A stretch of DNA of 64,000 nt from Clostridiaceae bacterium (GTDB lineage: Bacteria; Bacillota; Clostridia; Acetivibrionales; Acetivibrionaceae), in NCBI GenBank assembly GCA_012519925.1, contig JAAYPF010000007.1, positions 16,232 through 80,231 of the forward strand, in the 5' to 3' direction. The position numbers were made by a program, and so were the translations under genes. Below, one piece after another: positions 1 through 9,844 of the stretch (positions are counted from its first letter, which is position 1; every line of letters starts with the position of its first letter). The notes beneath the pieces were generated by a model. That model was not told the DNA's origin and searched no databases. It saw only the letters and a list, made by a program, of their open reading frames with translations.

Positions 1-433
1 GATTGGAAAAACAAAAAGCGATGCTTTAAATCTTCTAGCGGAGAAAAAGTTGGCAATTGGAAATATTAATCCAAAAGATACTACAAATACAGTAGATAAA
101 ATTGTAAAACAGGAACCTAAGGCGGGAGAGACCATCAATGAAGGGCAGCCTGTAGATATTTACCTTGAAGAGATACGATTGAACGAGAAAAATGAAAAAA
201 TTGTGGCTAGTCCTTTGATGTTGACGGATGCTGATTCCTATGCAGAGTTTATAAGCGTTGTGGTTATTATTACGAAATCCACTACAAAGACTGAGGAACA
301 GCTATACAGCGAAATAAAAAGAAAAACCGATTTTCCATTGACTTTATCAATCCCAGTACCTAAAGATGGTAGTACAGAAGTTGAGGTTTTCTTAAACAGC
401 GAAATATATTCGCAATATACTATAGAGTATTAG
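1..433 (+). CDS. prkC: PASTA-domain Ser/Thr kinase, C-terminal part (5'-truncated by window edge)
   Basis: Frame is open from base 2 (IGKTKSDALNLL...); PASTA-like repeat (LAIGNI...IVKQEPKAGETINEGQPVDIYL); lies before rsgA-rpe-thiN as in the conserved Firmicute cluster. Confidence 0.8.
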   Translation, partial: IGKTKSDALNLLAEKKLAIGNINPKDTTNTVDKIVKQEPKAGETINEGQPVDIYLEEIRLNEKNEKIVASPLMLTDADSYAEFISVVVIITKSTTKTEEQLYSEIKRKTDFPLTLSIPVPKDGSTEVEVFLNSEIYSQYTIEY

Positions 434-467
434 TTTTATTGAATAGAGCCAAGAGGAGGAAGAATGC

Positions 468-1355
468 TTGATACCAGGTCTAATCATTAAAGGTATAGGA
501 GGGTTTTATTACGTAAAAACCGATTTAGGAATATTTGAGTGCAAGGCACGGGGGATATTTAGAAAGGACTCCTTTACGCCTTTACCCGGAGATAAGGTAT
601 CAATATCTGTTTCAAACGAGGAGAATAAAATTGGAAACATTGAAGAGATTTCTCCTCGTACAACACAGCTTACTAGACCAGCGGTTGCAAATGTGACTCA
701 AATTGCAATCGTTATTGCGATAAGATCTCCTCAGCCCGATTTTATGTTGTTGGACAAGCTTCTTATAACTGTTGAGCGAAAAGACATAAGTGCAATAATA
801 TGCCTTAATAAAATAGATCTTGACAAAGAAGCGGAATATATAAAGATAATTGAAGCCTATAAAAAGGCTAAGTATAAGGTAATAGCACTTAGTTCTATGA
901 ATGGTGCAGGCTTTGGTGAATTAGAATTTGCCTTAAAAGGTAATACTACTGTTTTTGCAGGACAATCGGGAGTGGGAAAGTCTACAATTCTCAATAAGGT
1001 TTTGGATTCATATGTAATGGAGACGGGTAAGGTAAGTGACAAAATTGAAAGAGGTAGACATACAACTAGGCATGCAGAACTTATTGAGCTAAAGTCAGGT
1101 GGTTTTGTAGTAGATACTCCTGGTTTTAGTTCATTTGATATATCTGGGTTTGAAGCTAATGAACTTCAAAATTATTATCCAGAGTTTCATGAGTATTTTG
1201 GTAAATGCAAATTTACTGGCTGTATGCATATTAGTGAGCCATCCTGTGAAGTTAAAGCTGCCCTTGAAAAAGGAAGGATAGATAGACGAAGATATGAGAG
1301 GTATGTGGAGTTTTGTAATGTGCTCAAGGAAAATCAGCGAAAGAAGTATTATTAG
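468..1355 (+). CDS. rsgA: Ribosome small subunit-dependent GTPase A
   Basis: OB-fold N-terminus, NKID, GQSGVGKS, GRHTT, DTPG motifs and C-terminal CKFTGCMHISEPSC zinc finger. Confidence 0.97.
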   Translation: MIPGLIIKGIGGFYYVKTDLGIFECKARGIFRKDSFTPLPGDKVSISVSNEENKIGNIEEISPRTTQLTRPAVANVTQIAIVIAIRSPQPDFMLLDKLLITVERKDISAIICLNKIDLDKEAEYIKIIEAYKKAKYKVIALSSMNGAGFGELEFALKGNTTVFAGQSGVGKSTILNKVLDSYVMETGKVSDKIERGRHTTRHAELIELKSGGFVVDTPGFSSFDISGFEANELQNYYPEFHEYFGKCKFTGCMHISEPSCEVKAALEKGRIDRRRYERYVEFCNVLKENQRKKYY

Positions 1356-1475
1356 GAATATTCAAGTATAAATATGCTTGCATTTTGCTTGTGATTTTGT
1401 ATATAAAGGATTTGATAAAAATCAAAAATTGTTTTAAGCCTAATCTTTATGTATTTTGAAGGGAAGTGTTTAGAG

Positions 1476-2135
1476 TTGATTAAAATTGCACCATCCATAC
1501 TTTCAGCAGATTTTGCGAAATTGGGTGATGAAATAGTTAGAATTGATAAAGCAGGAGCGGATCTGGTTCACATTGATGTTATGGACGGACATTTTGTACC
1601 TAATATTACCATTGGACCACCTATTATAAAGGCTTTAAGAAAAGTAACAAAATTACCCTTTGATGTGCACCTAATGATAGAAGATGCCGACAAGTATATT
1701 GATAATTTTGTTGATGCTGGTGCCGATATAATTACGGTACACGCTGAGGCATCACCTCACCTGCACCAAACCCTACATAAAATAAAAAAGCGTGGAATAA
1801 AAGCAGCTGTATCTTTAAATCCTGCGACATCAATACATACAATCGAATGGATTTTAAATGAGGTAGACATGGTACTTGTTATGTCTGTTAATCCCGGTTT
1901 TGGAGGACAGAAATATATTGAGGCTACTACTCAAAAAATAAAGAAATTAAGAGAAATATTGGTTGCTAGAGGTATAGAAATTGATATTGAAGTAGATGGC
2001 GGAATAAACTTAAGTAATATATATGAAATTACAAGGGCAGGGGCTAATGTGATAGTGTCAGGTTCTACAATATTTAACTCACAGGATACTACAAAAATAA
2101 TAAAAGAACTGCGTGAAAAAGCATTTAAGATGTAG
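1476..2135 (+). CDS. rpe: Ribulose-phosphate 3-epimerase (likely TTG start at 1476; ORF track starts at 1449)
   Basis: [43 protein letters not shown] motifs. Confidence 0.97.
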   Translation: MIKIAPSILSADFAKLGDEIVRIDKAGADLVHIDVMDGHFVPNITIGPPIIKALRKVTKLPFDVHLMIEDADKYIDNFVDAGADIITVHAEASPHLHQTLHKIKKRGIKAAVSLNPATSIHTIEWILNEVDMVLVMSVNPGFGGQKYIEATTQKIKKLREILVARGIEIDIEVDGGINLSNIYEITRAGANVIVSGSTIFNSQDTTKIIKELREKAFKM

Positions 2136-2165
2136 AGTTTGAAGTTTACTAGGAAGGTTTAATAT

Positions 2166-2801
2166 ATGACAGCATTAATTGTGTGTAGTGGGAGTATAGA
2201 AGATTATTCCTATCATATGAAATATTTTGAAGGGGCACAGTTTATTATATGTGTTGACGGAGGGGCTAAGCATATTAGAAAATTTGGTCTTGTTCCGGAT
2301 ATATTGATAGGAGATTTAGATTCTATATCTAAAGAAGATTTAGATTATTTTAAAGATTTGAAGGTTAAAATTATTAAGTATCCAAGTCAGAAAGCTATGA
2401 CAGATACGGAAATAGCGGTTAATTATGTTGTTGATAACGGATATAAAGAAGTGGTTATTATTGGTGGAATAGGGACAAGGATTGATCATTCATTGGCAAA
2501 TATATTTCTTCTTAAACAGATGCTCGATAAGGGGATAAAAGGCACACTTGCAAATGAGAAAAACGAAATAACTTTGATTAAAGATGGAATTAAGATCAAA
2601 AAGGAGAAGGGTGCTAAGCTGACTTTATTGCCGTTGACAAAGGTGGTTGAGGGAATAACTACTAAGGGTCTATATTACCCTCTCGATTGCGAGGATATTG
2701 AGCTAGGATCAAGCAGAGGGGTAAGCAATGAATTTGAGGATGAGTTTGCTGAAATTTCAATAAAAAGTGGTATATTAATTGTAATAAAATCAAGAGACTA
2801 G
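2166..2801 (+). CDS. thiN: Thiamine pyrophosphokinase
   Basis: VDGGA, GDLDS, TDTEIA, GGIGTRIDH motifs; position after rpe. Confidence 0.93.
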   Translation: MTALIVCSGSIEDYSYHMKYFEGAQFIICVDGGAKHIRKFGLVPDILIGDLDSISKEDLDYFKDLKVKIIKYPSQKAMTDTEIAVNYVVDNGYKEVVIIGGIGTRIDHSLANIFLLKQMLDKGIKGTLANEKNEITLIKDGIKIKKEKGAKLTLLPLTKVVEGITTKGLYYPLDCEDIELGSSRGVSNEFEDEFAEISIKSGILIVIKSRD

Positions 2802-2826
2802 AAAATAACCTATACAATAAAAATGT

Positions 2827-2864
2827 AAAAAATCTCGGGCTTATGTGACCCGAGATTTTCTTTT
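2827..2864. terminator. Intrinsic terminator between convergent thiN and aminotransferase genes
   Basis: AAAATCTCGGG (2829-2839) / CCCGAGATTTT (2849-2859) stem with flanking A and T tracts. Confidence 0.85.
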
Positions 2865-2927
2865 ACGCAACTTTTCGGACGAAGTGAAAGAGGCAAAAAC
2901 GGAGGGGATAGATGCCCCAGAGTTTTT
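2861..2927 (-). repeat. Intergenic repeat family A, copy 1
   Basis: Reverse complement AAAAACTCTGGGGCATCTATCCCCTCCGTTTTTGCCTCTTTCACTTCGTCCGAAAAGTTGCGTAAAA aligns with 13934-14008 and 28748-28813. Confidence 0.8.
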
Positions 2928-2953
2928 ATTTAACGCCTATTTATAGAAAATTT

Positions 2954-4144
2954 TTATTTATTGAGATTATAGTCCTTTGCTAAAGACTCAAAGGCAGAAA
3001 AAGAATTCTTTATTGTATCAATGCCTACACAGTAAGCCATTCTAAAATACCCCGGAGCACCAAATCCTTTACCGGGAACTAACAAAAGATTGTATTTAAC
3101 TGCACTCTTAATAAAAGCTACATCATCTTCTATTGGAGATTTTGGGAACAAGTAAAAAGCTCCTTCAGGCTTTAAGCATGAAAAACCAAGGCTTATAAGC
3201 TTGTTGTATAAAGTATCGCGTCTTTCTTTATATATATTTACATCAACAGTAGAATCTAGTGTAGCACCAATTACTTTTTGAAAAAGAGCAGGAGCATTTA
3301 CATAGCCTAAAGTACGATTACAGAAGGCCAGACATGATATGACAAGGTTTATATCCTGTATTTGAGGATTTACTGCAATGTATCCTATTCTTTCTCCTGG
3401 TAGAGACAGAGATTTACTGAAAGAGTTTATTGCAAAGGAGTTTTTGTATAGTTTTAAAATACTTGGAAGCTCTACATTGTCATAAACCAGTTTTACATAG
3501 GGTTCATCCGATAAAACAAATATAGTGGAGTTAAATTGTTCTTCTTTTTCTCTGAGAATATCAAAAAGCTTTGTTAAAGTCTCTTTACTGTAAATATGAC
3601 CCGATGGATTATTAGGAGAGTTTATAATAATAGCCTTTGTTCTCTCTGTAATTTTACTTTTAAGCACATCGAGATCAGGATCAAAAGAATCCTTCATCGG
3701 AGGCACAACAATTGTCTTACCTCCATGATTTTCCACATAAAAGTTGTATTCTGCAAAAAAAGGAGCAAGTATAAGTACTTCTTCACCAGGATTTAGAATG
3801 GATTTAAGTACTACATTGAGTCCTCCTGCAGCACCACAGGTCATCAAAATATGTTCGGAGGATAATGATAGTCCAGTTTCATTACTGATTTTGTCTGCAA
3901 TTTTTTGTCTTACATATTCATATCCTGCATTACTCATATACCCATGCATTCCTTGATTGCTTTCTAGAACTATGTTTTTTAAGGCTTCCTTAACTTCTTT
4001 TGGAGGCTCAGGATCCGGATTTCCTAAAGTGAAATCATAGACCTTATCTTTTCCATGAATTTTCCTGAGTTCTTCTCCCTGTTCGAACATGGCCCTTATC
4101 CATGACGCGTTTGAAAGATTGGTTGTTACTTTTTGTGATAGCAT
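2954..4144 (-). CDS. PLP-dependent class I/II aminotransferase (aspartate aminotransferase-like)
   Basis: GNPD, NSPNNPSG, SDEPY, SFSKSLSLPGERIGY (PLP lysine), YFRMAY motifs. Confidence 0.92.
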   Translation of the reverse strand: MLSQKVTTNLSNASWIRAMFEQGEELRKIHGKDKVYDFTLGNPDPEPPKEVKEALKNIVLESNQGMHGYMSNAGYEYVRQKIADKISNETGLSLSSEHILMTCGAAGGLNVVLKSILNPGEEVLILAPFFAEYNFYVENHGGKTIVVPPMKDSFDPDLDVLKSKITERTKAIIINSPNNPSGHIYSKETLTKLFDILREKEEQFNSTIFVLSDEPYVKLVYDNVELPSILKLYKNSFAINSFSKSLSLPGERIGYIAVNPQIQDINLVISCLAFCNRTLGYVNAPALFQKVIGATLDSTVDVNIYKERRDTLYNKLISLGFSCLKPEGAFYLFPKSPIEDDVAFIKSAVKYNLLLVPGKGFGAPGYFRMAYCVGIDTIKNSFSAFESLAKDYNLNK

Positions 4145-4170
4145 ATTAAAGTCACTCCTTATCTACTTTT

Positions 4171-5940
4171 CTATTTATATTTTAATTTTTTTATTTTGTT
4201 TTCACTGGGGGTAACAATTATAGTTTTATAGTTAACGTAAATAACCATGCCCGGTTTGGCACCTTTTTGCTTCTTAACATTTTTAACTTGGGTATAATCC
4301 ACTTCAACATGGGAGGAGAGCTTACCCTTACTGTGATAGGCAGCAATCAAAGCAGCCTCAACAAGAGTGTTATCTGGAATTTCTCCTATTTGCTTTCTTA
4401 CAATAACATGAGAACCCGGTATATTTTTTGTGTGCAACCAAATATCGTTAGAAGAAGCTGTTTTCAAAGTTAATATATCATTCTGCACATTATTTCTTCC
4501 TGCAAAAATGTCGTAACCATCGGAGGATCTATACCGATATGGTTCTAAGGTCTTGTTATTTCTTTTGTGTTTTGCACTCTTTCTTTCATTCAGATACCCA
4601 ACACTAACAAGCTCCTGCCTTATTTCTTCTATTTCCTGAGTATTGTCTGCACAGTCAAGATTTTGAAGCACACTTTCAATATATTTAAGTTCATTAAAGG
4701 CCTCTTCTAATTGAGTAAGTGTAAAATTATATGCGTTTTTTGCCTTTGAAAATTTCTTAAAATACCTTTGAGCATTTTCTTGCGGTAACATGTTTTCGTC
4801 AAGAGGTATATCTATATATTCTTCGTTTTCACTATAGTAGTTGAGTAGAGAAACCTTTTTTGAATTTCTTGGAATACTATGTATGTTTGCAGTTATAAGT
4901 TCTCCGTATAATTTAAATCTATCACGATCAGCGGCTTCTCTCAATGTATCCTGGTGGATGGTAATTTTCTTATTGCATCGTTCTAAACTGTTATTTAGTA
5001 CTTTATTAAGAGCACTCTTTTTTTGTATAAGTCTTTCAGCATTATCTTTTGATGTATAAAACAAATCTAAAGCATTGCTGATGGAAGAGTGATATTCAAG
5101 AATCGGATATTGAGATATTTTTAAGGAATGAAAATCTATAGGTTTTGTTTTCATTTCATCCCCCCATACGATACAAGGAGAAAAACTTGAAGCAGATATC
5201 TTAGAAATAATTATCTTTAAAGAATTTTTGATTTCTTTAAGTTGTGCATCGGTTAAATCATCGATAAGTGTTTTGCCATCAATTTGGGCTCTATAACATA
5301 CTTCTTCACAAAGAATAGGACTAAAACCTCTTATACTATTTAAGAGATATTTAGAAATACGAAGTCCACCTTGATTTCTTGCATTTATGAAAAGGGTATC
5401 TAGATTGATATCCTCAGGGCTTTCCTTATCCTGACCCGGTGGAAGCGTGTATGGTCTTGCAGGCATAACTTCTCTCACTCTGCTTTTATCTATATCGATG
5501 TGTTTGATAGAGTCAATAATTATGTCTAAATCGTTTAGAAGCATTATATTACTATGCTTTCCCATTATCTCAATAAGCAGTTTTTTATATGTAGTATCTC
5601 CCATTTCGTTAACCGCTTCGACATGAACGGAAATGATCCTTTCAAAATCGAAGAATTCAACTTTTATTATTTTACCTCCGGACAAATGCTTTCTTAAAAG
5701 CATACAAAAGACGGGAGGATTCATAGGGTTTTCCTTTGATAAATCGGTCAAATGAATCCTAGGATAACTCGCATTAGCAGAGAGAATTAGCTTATAATTC
5801 TGACCCTTAGCTCTTATATGAATTAGAATTTCATCATGTTCTGGCTGATATATTTTATCTATTCTTCCACCTATCAAGTCATCAGATAACTCTATTACTA
5901 CATTTTTAGCTACAACTCCATCAAAAGGCAATTTACGCAC
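4171..5940 (-). CDS. rqcH: Ribosome quality control NFACT protein (RqcH/Rqc2, FbpA family)
   Basis: NFACT-N (GGRIDKIYQP...DFERII), coiled coil with NAQRYFKK, NFACT-R (GRNNVQNDILT, WLHTKNIPGSHV, VDYTQVKNV). Confidence 0.93.
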   Translation of the reverse strand: MRKLPFDGVVAKNVVIELSDDLIGGRIDKIYQPEHDEILIHIRAKGQNYKLILSANASYPRIHLTDLSKENPMNPPVFCMLLRKHLSGGKIIKVEFFDFERIISVHVEAVNEMGDTTYKKLLIEIMGKHSNIMLLNDLDIIIDSIKHIDIDKSRVREVMPARPYTLPPGQDKESPEDINLDTLFINARNQGGLRISKYLLNSIRGFSPILCEEVCYRAQIDGKTLIDDLTDAQLKEIKNSLKIIISKISASSFSPCIVWGDEMKTKPIDFHSLKISQYPILEYHSSISNALDLFYTSKDNAERLIQKKSALNKVLNNSLERCNKKITIHQDTLREAADRDRFKLYGELITANIHSIPRNSKKVSLLNYYSENEEYIDIPLDENMLPQENAQRYFKKFSKAKNAYNFTLTQLEEAFNELKYIESVLQNLDCADNTQEIEEIRQELVSVGYLNERKSAKHKRNNKTLEPYRYRSSDGYDIFAGRNNVQNDILTLKTASSNDIWLHTKNIPGSHVIVRKQIGEIPDNTLVEAALIAAYHSKGKLSSHVEVDYTQVKNVKKQKGAKPGMVIYVNYKTIIVTPSENKIKKLKYK

Positions 5941-6119
5941 CTCGTTTCTGTGTTAAAAAACTCCAATTTACCCTAAAACATTTCAAAATACTTTAGTAGT
6001 TATTTATAGTTTAAATCTTATGAAATCAAGATTTTTGAAATAACCTTAAGTAAAATATTATTTAAATTAGTATAACACTTCATACGCTTATTAACAAACA
6101 AAATTATGGATGTGATACG

Positions 6120-7883
6120 TTATAAAGAATTAGAGGAAGTTCCTTTATAAATAGGGAATTTGATAGTGAATTTGCTCCCATGCATTTCCTTAGATTCAAC
6201 ATCAATTGTACCGCTAAATTCTTTTACTATTCCATAGGTTATAGAAAGTCCAAGTCCGGTGCCTTTATCTACCTCTTTTGTTGTAAAGAACGGGTCAAAT
6301 ACTTTGTTTATTATTGAATTAGGAATTCCGATTCCATTATCGGATATTTCGATAATTACATCTTCTTTGTGGGAGTATATCTTTATGACAATTTTTTTAT
6401 CAATAGATTTGATCGAATCGGAGAAGTCACTGTCAATTCTTGTTTTGCAAATTACACTTTCCAATTCATCTACAGCATCACGAGCATTTCCTATTAGATT
6501 GAGATAAATTTGTTCTAACTTGTTATGATCTGCAAGTATTAAGGGCAAATCGTCGTCAAGTTTTAGTTCAACAGTTATGTTCTTTTTTATAAGTTGTTCG
6601 CCTATTAACTTAAATACATCAAGTAGGGGTTGTTTTACATTAACCTCTTTTTTTGTGTCGTCGGATTGCCTTGCAAAAGTTCTTAAGTGGCTGATAATCT
6701 TGTTAATCCTTTCAACCTGGTCTACTATTGAATATAGTTTTTCTGATAGCATTTCTTCGGTAAGTTTATTACGGTTTTTAGCGAGTATCAAACCTTGAGT
6801 TATCAGGCTGATTCCTCCTAGTGGTTGATTGATTTCATGTGCTATACCAGTGGCCATTTCTCCAAGTGTTGCAAGTTTCCCCGATTGTATCAAAAGGGCA
6901 TCTTTTTCCCTAAGCTGTGATGTTCTTACTTTGACCATACGCTCAAGATTGTCGGCATATTCCCGGATTTCTTCCACTAACCTTTTTCTCTGTATGCCCG
7001 CAGTTATTTCATTAGCTATTAGGCTTAGAACTTGCGTTTCTTTTGTGAAAAAATTCCTTTTAGATGATGAGGTAACAATGTGAAGTATACCAATCAAAGA
7101 GTCATCGGAGGTAAGCGGGATGTGAATTATAAAATTGTCATCTTCAACTAATCTGCTTGTATCGATATATTTAGAAATAGCATGTTTATCTAGCGGCTCT
7201 GAATTTATTATAAACTGCGAATAGGTTTCATAGCAGCTTTTTATATCGTTGTTTATTTTTGACGCATCCGAACAATATATACAATCGTGGTTTAAGCATT
7301 TGTTGCATAGACCAATCTGGGAATTGATGTTGAAATTGTTGTAAAGGTAGTCAAATATGCAGATGAATGCAATGGGAACATCTAAAACAGTGCTTATAAT
7401 ACTGCAAATGGATTGACACATCTCATCAATGTCATTAGGTGAATTAACAATTTGGGTTATTTCAAGAAGTAAATTTCTATACTGCTCTTCGTAAGTTGCT
7501 TTTGTGATGTCTCTTACTATGATCAAAAGACCGCAAAAATCACCTCTAGAAAGCCTTGGTGTTATAGATACCGATAGAGGTTTAGTTTGACCGTCCTTGG
7601 TTTTACCTATCATTTTGTAATCTGTGGTATTTGTTTTTAAAGCATTTTCCACAAGAAAGATATAGTCGATTTCGTTTCCCATTTTCTTATTTAGTCCTAA
7701 AGGTATATGCTTACCTAACATTTCAGAAGGAGAGTATCCATAAATAAGCTGAGCACCTTTATTCCACAAAACAATTTTATTGTCCATGTCTGTGGCAATT
7801 ATGCCATATTCGGTGGAACTTGTAACAATACTTTCAAAAAAATCTGCGGTGCTGATTTGATCGGAAAAAATATGGTATTTCAT
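6120..7883 (-). CDS. Cytoplasmic sensor histidine kinase, PAS-GAF-HisKA-HATPase
   Basis: PAS (IVLWNKGAQLIYGYSPSEMLGK), GAF-like middle region, H-box AHEINQPL, N-box NLIGNARDA, DNGIGI, FDPFFTTK, GTGLGLS; no obvious transmembrane segment. Confidence 0.92.
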   Translation of the reverse strand: MKYHIFSDQISTADFFESIVTSSTEYGIIATDMDNKIVLWNKGAQLIYGYSPSEMLGKHIPLGLNKKMGNEIDYIFLVENALKTNTTDYKMIGKTKDGQTKPLSVSITPRLSRGDFCGLLIIVRDITKATYEEQYRNLLLEITQIVNSPNDIDEMCQSICSIISTVLDVPIAFICIFDYLYNNFNINSQIGLCNKCLNHDCIYCSDASKINNDIKSCYETYSQFIINSEPLDKHAISKYIDTSRLVEDDNFIIHIPLTSDDSLIGILHIVTSSSKRNFFTKETQVLSLIANEITAGIQRKRLVEEIREYADNLERMVKVRTSQLREKDALLIQSGKLATLGEMATGIAHEINQPLGGISLITQGLILAKNRNKLTEEMLSEKLYSIVDQVERINKIISHLRTFARQSDDTKKEVNVKQPLLDVFKLIGEQLIKKNITVELKLDDDLPLILADHNKLEQIYLNLIGNARDAVDELESVICKTRIDSDFSDSIKSIDKKIVIKIYSHKEDVIIEISDNGIGIPNSIINKVFDPFFTTKEVDKGTGLGLSITYGIVKEFSGTIDVESKEMHGSKFTIKFPIYKGTSSNSL

Positions 7884-9044
7884 TTATTCAACCTCGATTC
7901 CTAACAAAGTAATATCATCAAAAAAAGTATTGTTGGAATAATCTTTAACTGCTTGAACCGCCTTTTCTAAAGTAACTGCAAGTGTAGCATCAGTATTGTT
8001 TTTAAAGTGGGACAAAAGTGAATCATCCCCAAAACATGGAGTTTCTTCATCCGGGGCAGCTTCAATTAGCCCATCGGTAAAAAGCCATATTTTATCATAT
8101 TGACACAATTGATTGACGCAACAGCTGTAGGTGGCATCTTCAAATGTTCCTAAAATAGGTCCTGTAGATTCTAAAGGAATATGGCTGCCGTCTTTTCTCA
8201 CTATATACTGGTTAATATGCCCTGCGGATACGGTATAAAGAATTTTGCTCTCTTTATCTATAAAACCTAGTAGCAAGGTTGCAAAGACATTGGTGGCTGT
8301 ATTTGATAAAAGCACCATGTTAAGGTCAAGAACAATTTCAGGAAATCTCCTTTTATTTATACCTTGCTTATAATTATATTCAATGTTTTGAAGGAAACTT
8401 TTAATTATAGTTGAAATTACTGAAGCAAGTATTCCATGACTTGATACGTCAAACACATAGAAACAAATATAGTCTCCAATGTCGGCAACATCATACATAT
8501 CACCGCCTACGGAATCACAGCTTTTGTACTCTACAGCAAAATTATAACCGCTAATGTTAGGGAGTTTTTTAGGAAGCATATTTATAAGAATTTTTTCGGC
8601 CGAATCATGAAGTCCTTGGAGATAATTTTTGTGTTCTAAAAGTTCTCTGTGAATACGGGCATTTTCTAAAAGCAGGTTTTTCTTGTTTACGGCATTATTG
8701 ATTGCTATAGCAAGATTATCCGCTTTTACTGGCTTTTTTAGATACTCAAAGGCCCCCTCTTTCATGGCTTGAATTGCATTTTCAAGGTCACCGTGACCTG
8801 TAAGAATAATTACACCCATTTCAGGCATTATTTTTTTTATTTCCCTCAGTACTTCCATTCCAGAAATGGTGGGCATTTTCATATCGGTAAGAACTACATC
8901 AATCATAGAATAATTCTCTTTGAAATAATTGAGCCCTTCCTCACTACTTGAAAAAGTAATCACTTCATTGTTATCAAGCTCGAGAACAAATTTTATATTG
9001 TCTAGGATAGTTCTTTCATCATCTATAACAAGTATTTTGGACAT
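7884..9044 (-). CDS. Response regulator receiver fused to PP2C/SpoIIE-type phosphatase
   Basis: REC (VIDDE, TDMKMP, KPV) plus PP2C motifs GGDMYD, DVSSHG, TDGLIEA, DDITLL; stop codon directly abuts the kinase ATG. Confidence 0.92.
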   Translation of the reverse strand: MSKILVIDDERTILDNIKFVLELDNNEVITFSSSEEGLNYFKENYSMIDVVLTDMKMPTISGMEVLREIKKIMPEMGVIILTGHGDLENAIQAMKEGAFEYLKKPVKADNLAIAINNAVNKKNLLLENARIHRELLEHKNYLQGLHDSAEKILINMLPKKLPNISGYNFAVEYKSCDSVGGDMYDVADIGDYICFYVFDVSSHGILASVISTIIKSFLQNIEYNYKQGINKRRFPEIVLDLNMVLLSNTATNVFATLLLGFIDKESKILYTVSAGHINQYIVRKDGSHIPLESTGPILGTFEDATYSCCVNQLCQYDKIWLFTDGLIEAAPDEETPCFGDDSLLSHFKNNTDATLAVTLEKAVQAVKDYSNNTFFDDITLLGIEVE

Positions 9045-9109
9045 TTATCTTATTCCTCCCTTTAATATTATAGCAATTTATAAATTAAATTTCCATAGAT
9101 GAAAAGTTG

Positions 9110-9118
9110 TGCTATAAT
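9110..9118 (+). promoter_or_regulatory. Extended -10 sigma-A promoter for the DUF503 gene
   Basis: TGcTATAAT 43 nt upstream of the ATG. Confidence 0.55.
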
Positions 9119-9161
9119 GTAACAGGAAATTTTTTATTGTTATAAAAGCTAGAGGTGAAAA

Positions 9162-9452
9162 ATGGTTATAGGAGTTTGTAAGGTGGTTTTAGTAATAGAC
9201 GATGTTTTTTCACTTAAAGAAAAAAGACATATTGTAAAGAGTTTGATAGGAAGAATTAAATCTAGGTTTAATGCTTCGGTTGCAGAAGTAGATCTTAATG
9301 ATAAGTGGAAGAGAGCTGTAATTGGAATTTCTTGTGTGTCAAATGAATCTGGACATGCTGATAGCATGATGGCCAATATAGTTAATTTTATTGAGAATGA
9401 TGGAAGAACAGTGCTTTTTGATTATAGCACTGAGATTATACATGTAGATTGA
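9162..9452 (+). CDS. ylxP: DUF503 family protein (YlxP-like)
   Basis: SLKEKR...KSRFNASVAEV...W.RAVIGISCVSN signature; RBS GAGGTG. Confidence 0.85.
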   Translation: MVIGVCKVVLVIDDVFSLKEKRHIVKSLIGRIKSRFNASVAEVDLNDKWKRAVIGISCVSNESGHADSMMANIVNFIENDGRTVLFDYSTEIIHVD

Positions 9453-9476
9453 TTTTTGGATAAGTATCAAAAGTTA

Positions 9477-9505
9477 TTGCATAATGTGTGCAAATACATT
9501 AGAAT
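9477..9505 (+). promoter_or_regulatory. Sigma-A promoter of tRNA-Ala
   Basis: TTGCAT-17 nt-TAGAAT, 12 nt before the tRNA. Confidence 0.7.
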
Positions 9506-9517
9506 ATAACTATGTGG

Positions 9518-9593
9518 GGGGCTATAGCGCAGCTGGGAGCGTATCACACTGGCAGTGTGGGGGTCAGGGGTTCGAACCCCCTTAGCTCCACCA
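9518..9593 (+). tRNA. tRNA-Ala (GGC)
   Basis: GGGGCTA/TAGCTCC acceptor stem with G3:U70, anticodon loop CTGGCAG, TTCGAAC T-loop, encoded CCA; 76 nt. Confidence 0.98.
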
Positions 9594-9620
9594 TACATAA
9601 CTCAAATTTCGATACAATTC

Positions 9621-9646
9621 AAAGTCACTGCTTTTAAGTGGCTTTT
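9621..9646 (+). terminator. Terminator after tRNA-Ala
   Basis: AAAGTCACT / AGTGGCTTT stem with a short T tract. Confidence 0.6.
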
Positions 9647-9844
9647 ACTGTACATTACAGTTCAAATCTATTATAATTTAATTATAACATTATGTTTCCA
9701 ATAAATTTAAATTACTTAATTTTCATTAATATAAACTAAATTTAGAGGAATTTTTTACTGCACTTTTTTGCAATCTAGTTAAGGATTTAGAACAAAAGGG
9801 CTAATACCCCTAAGTTAATTTTATCCATTAAAGGGGATGGAGAA

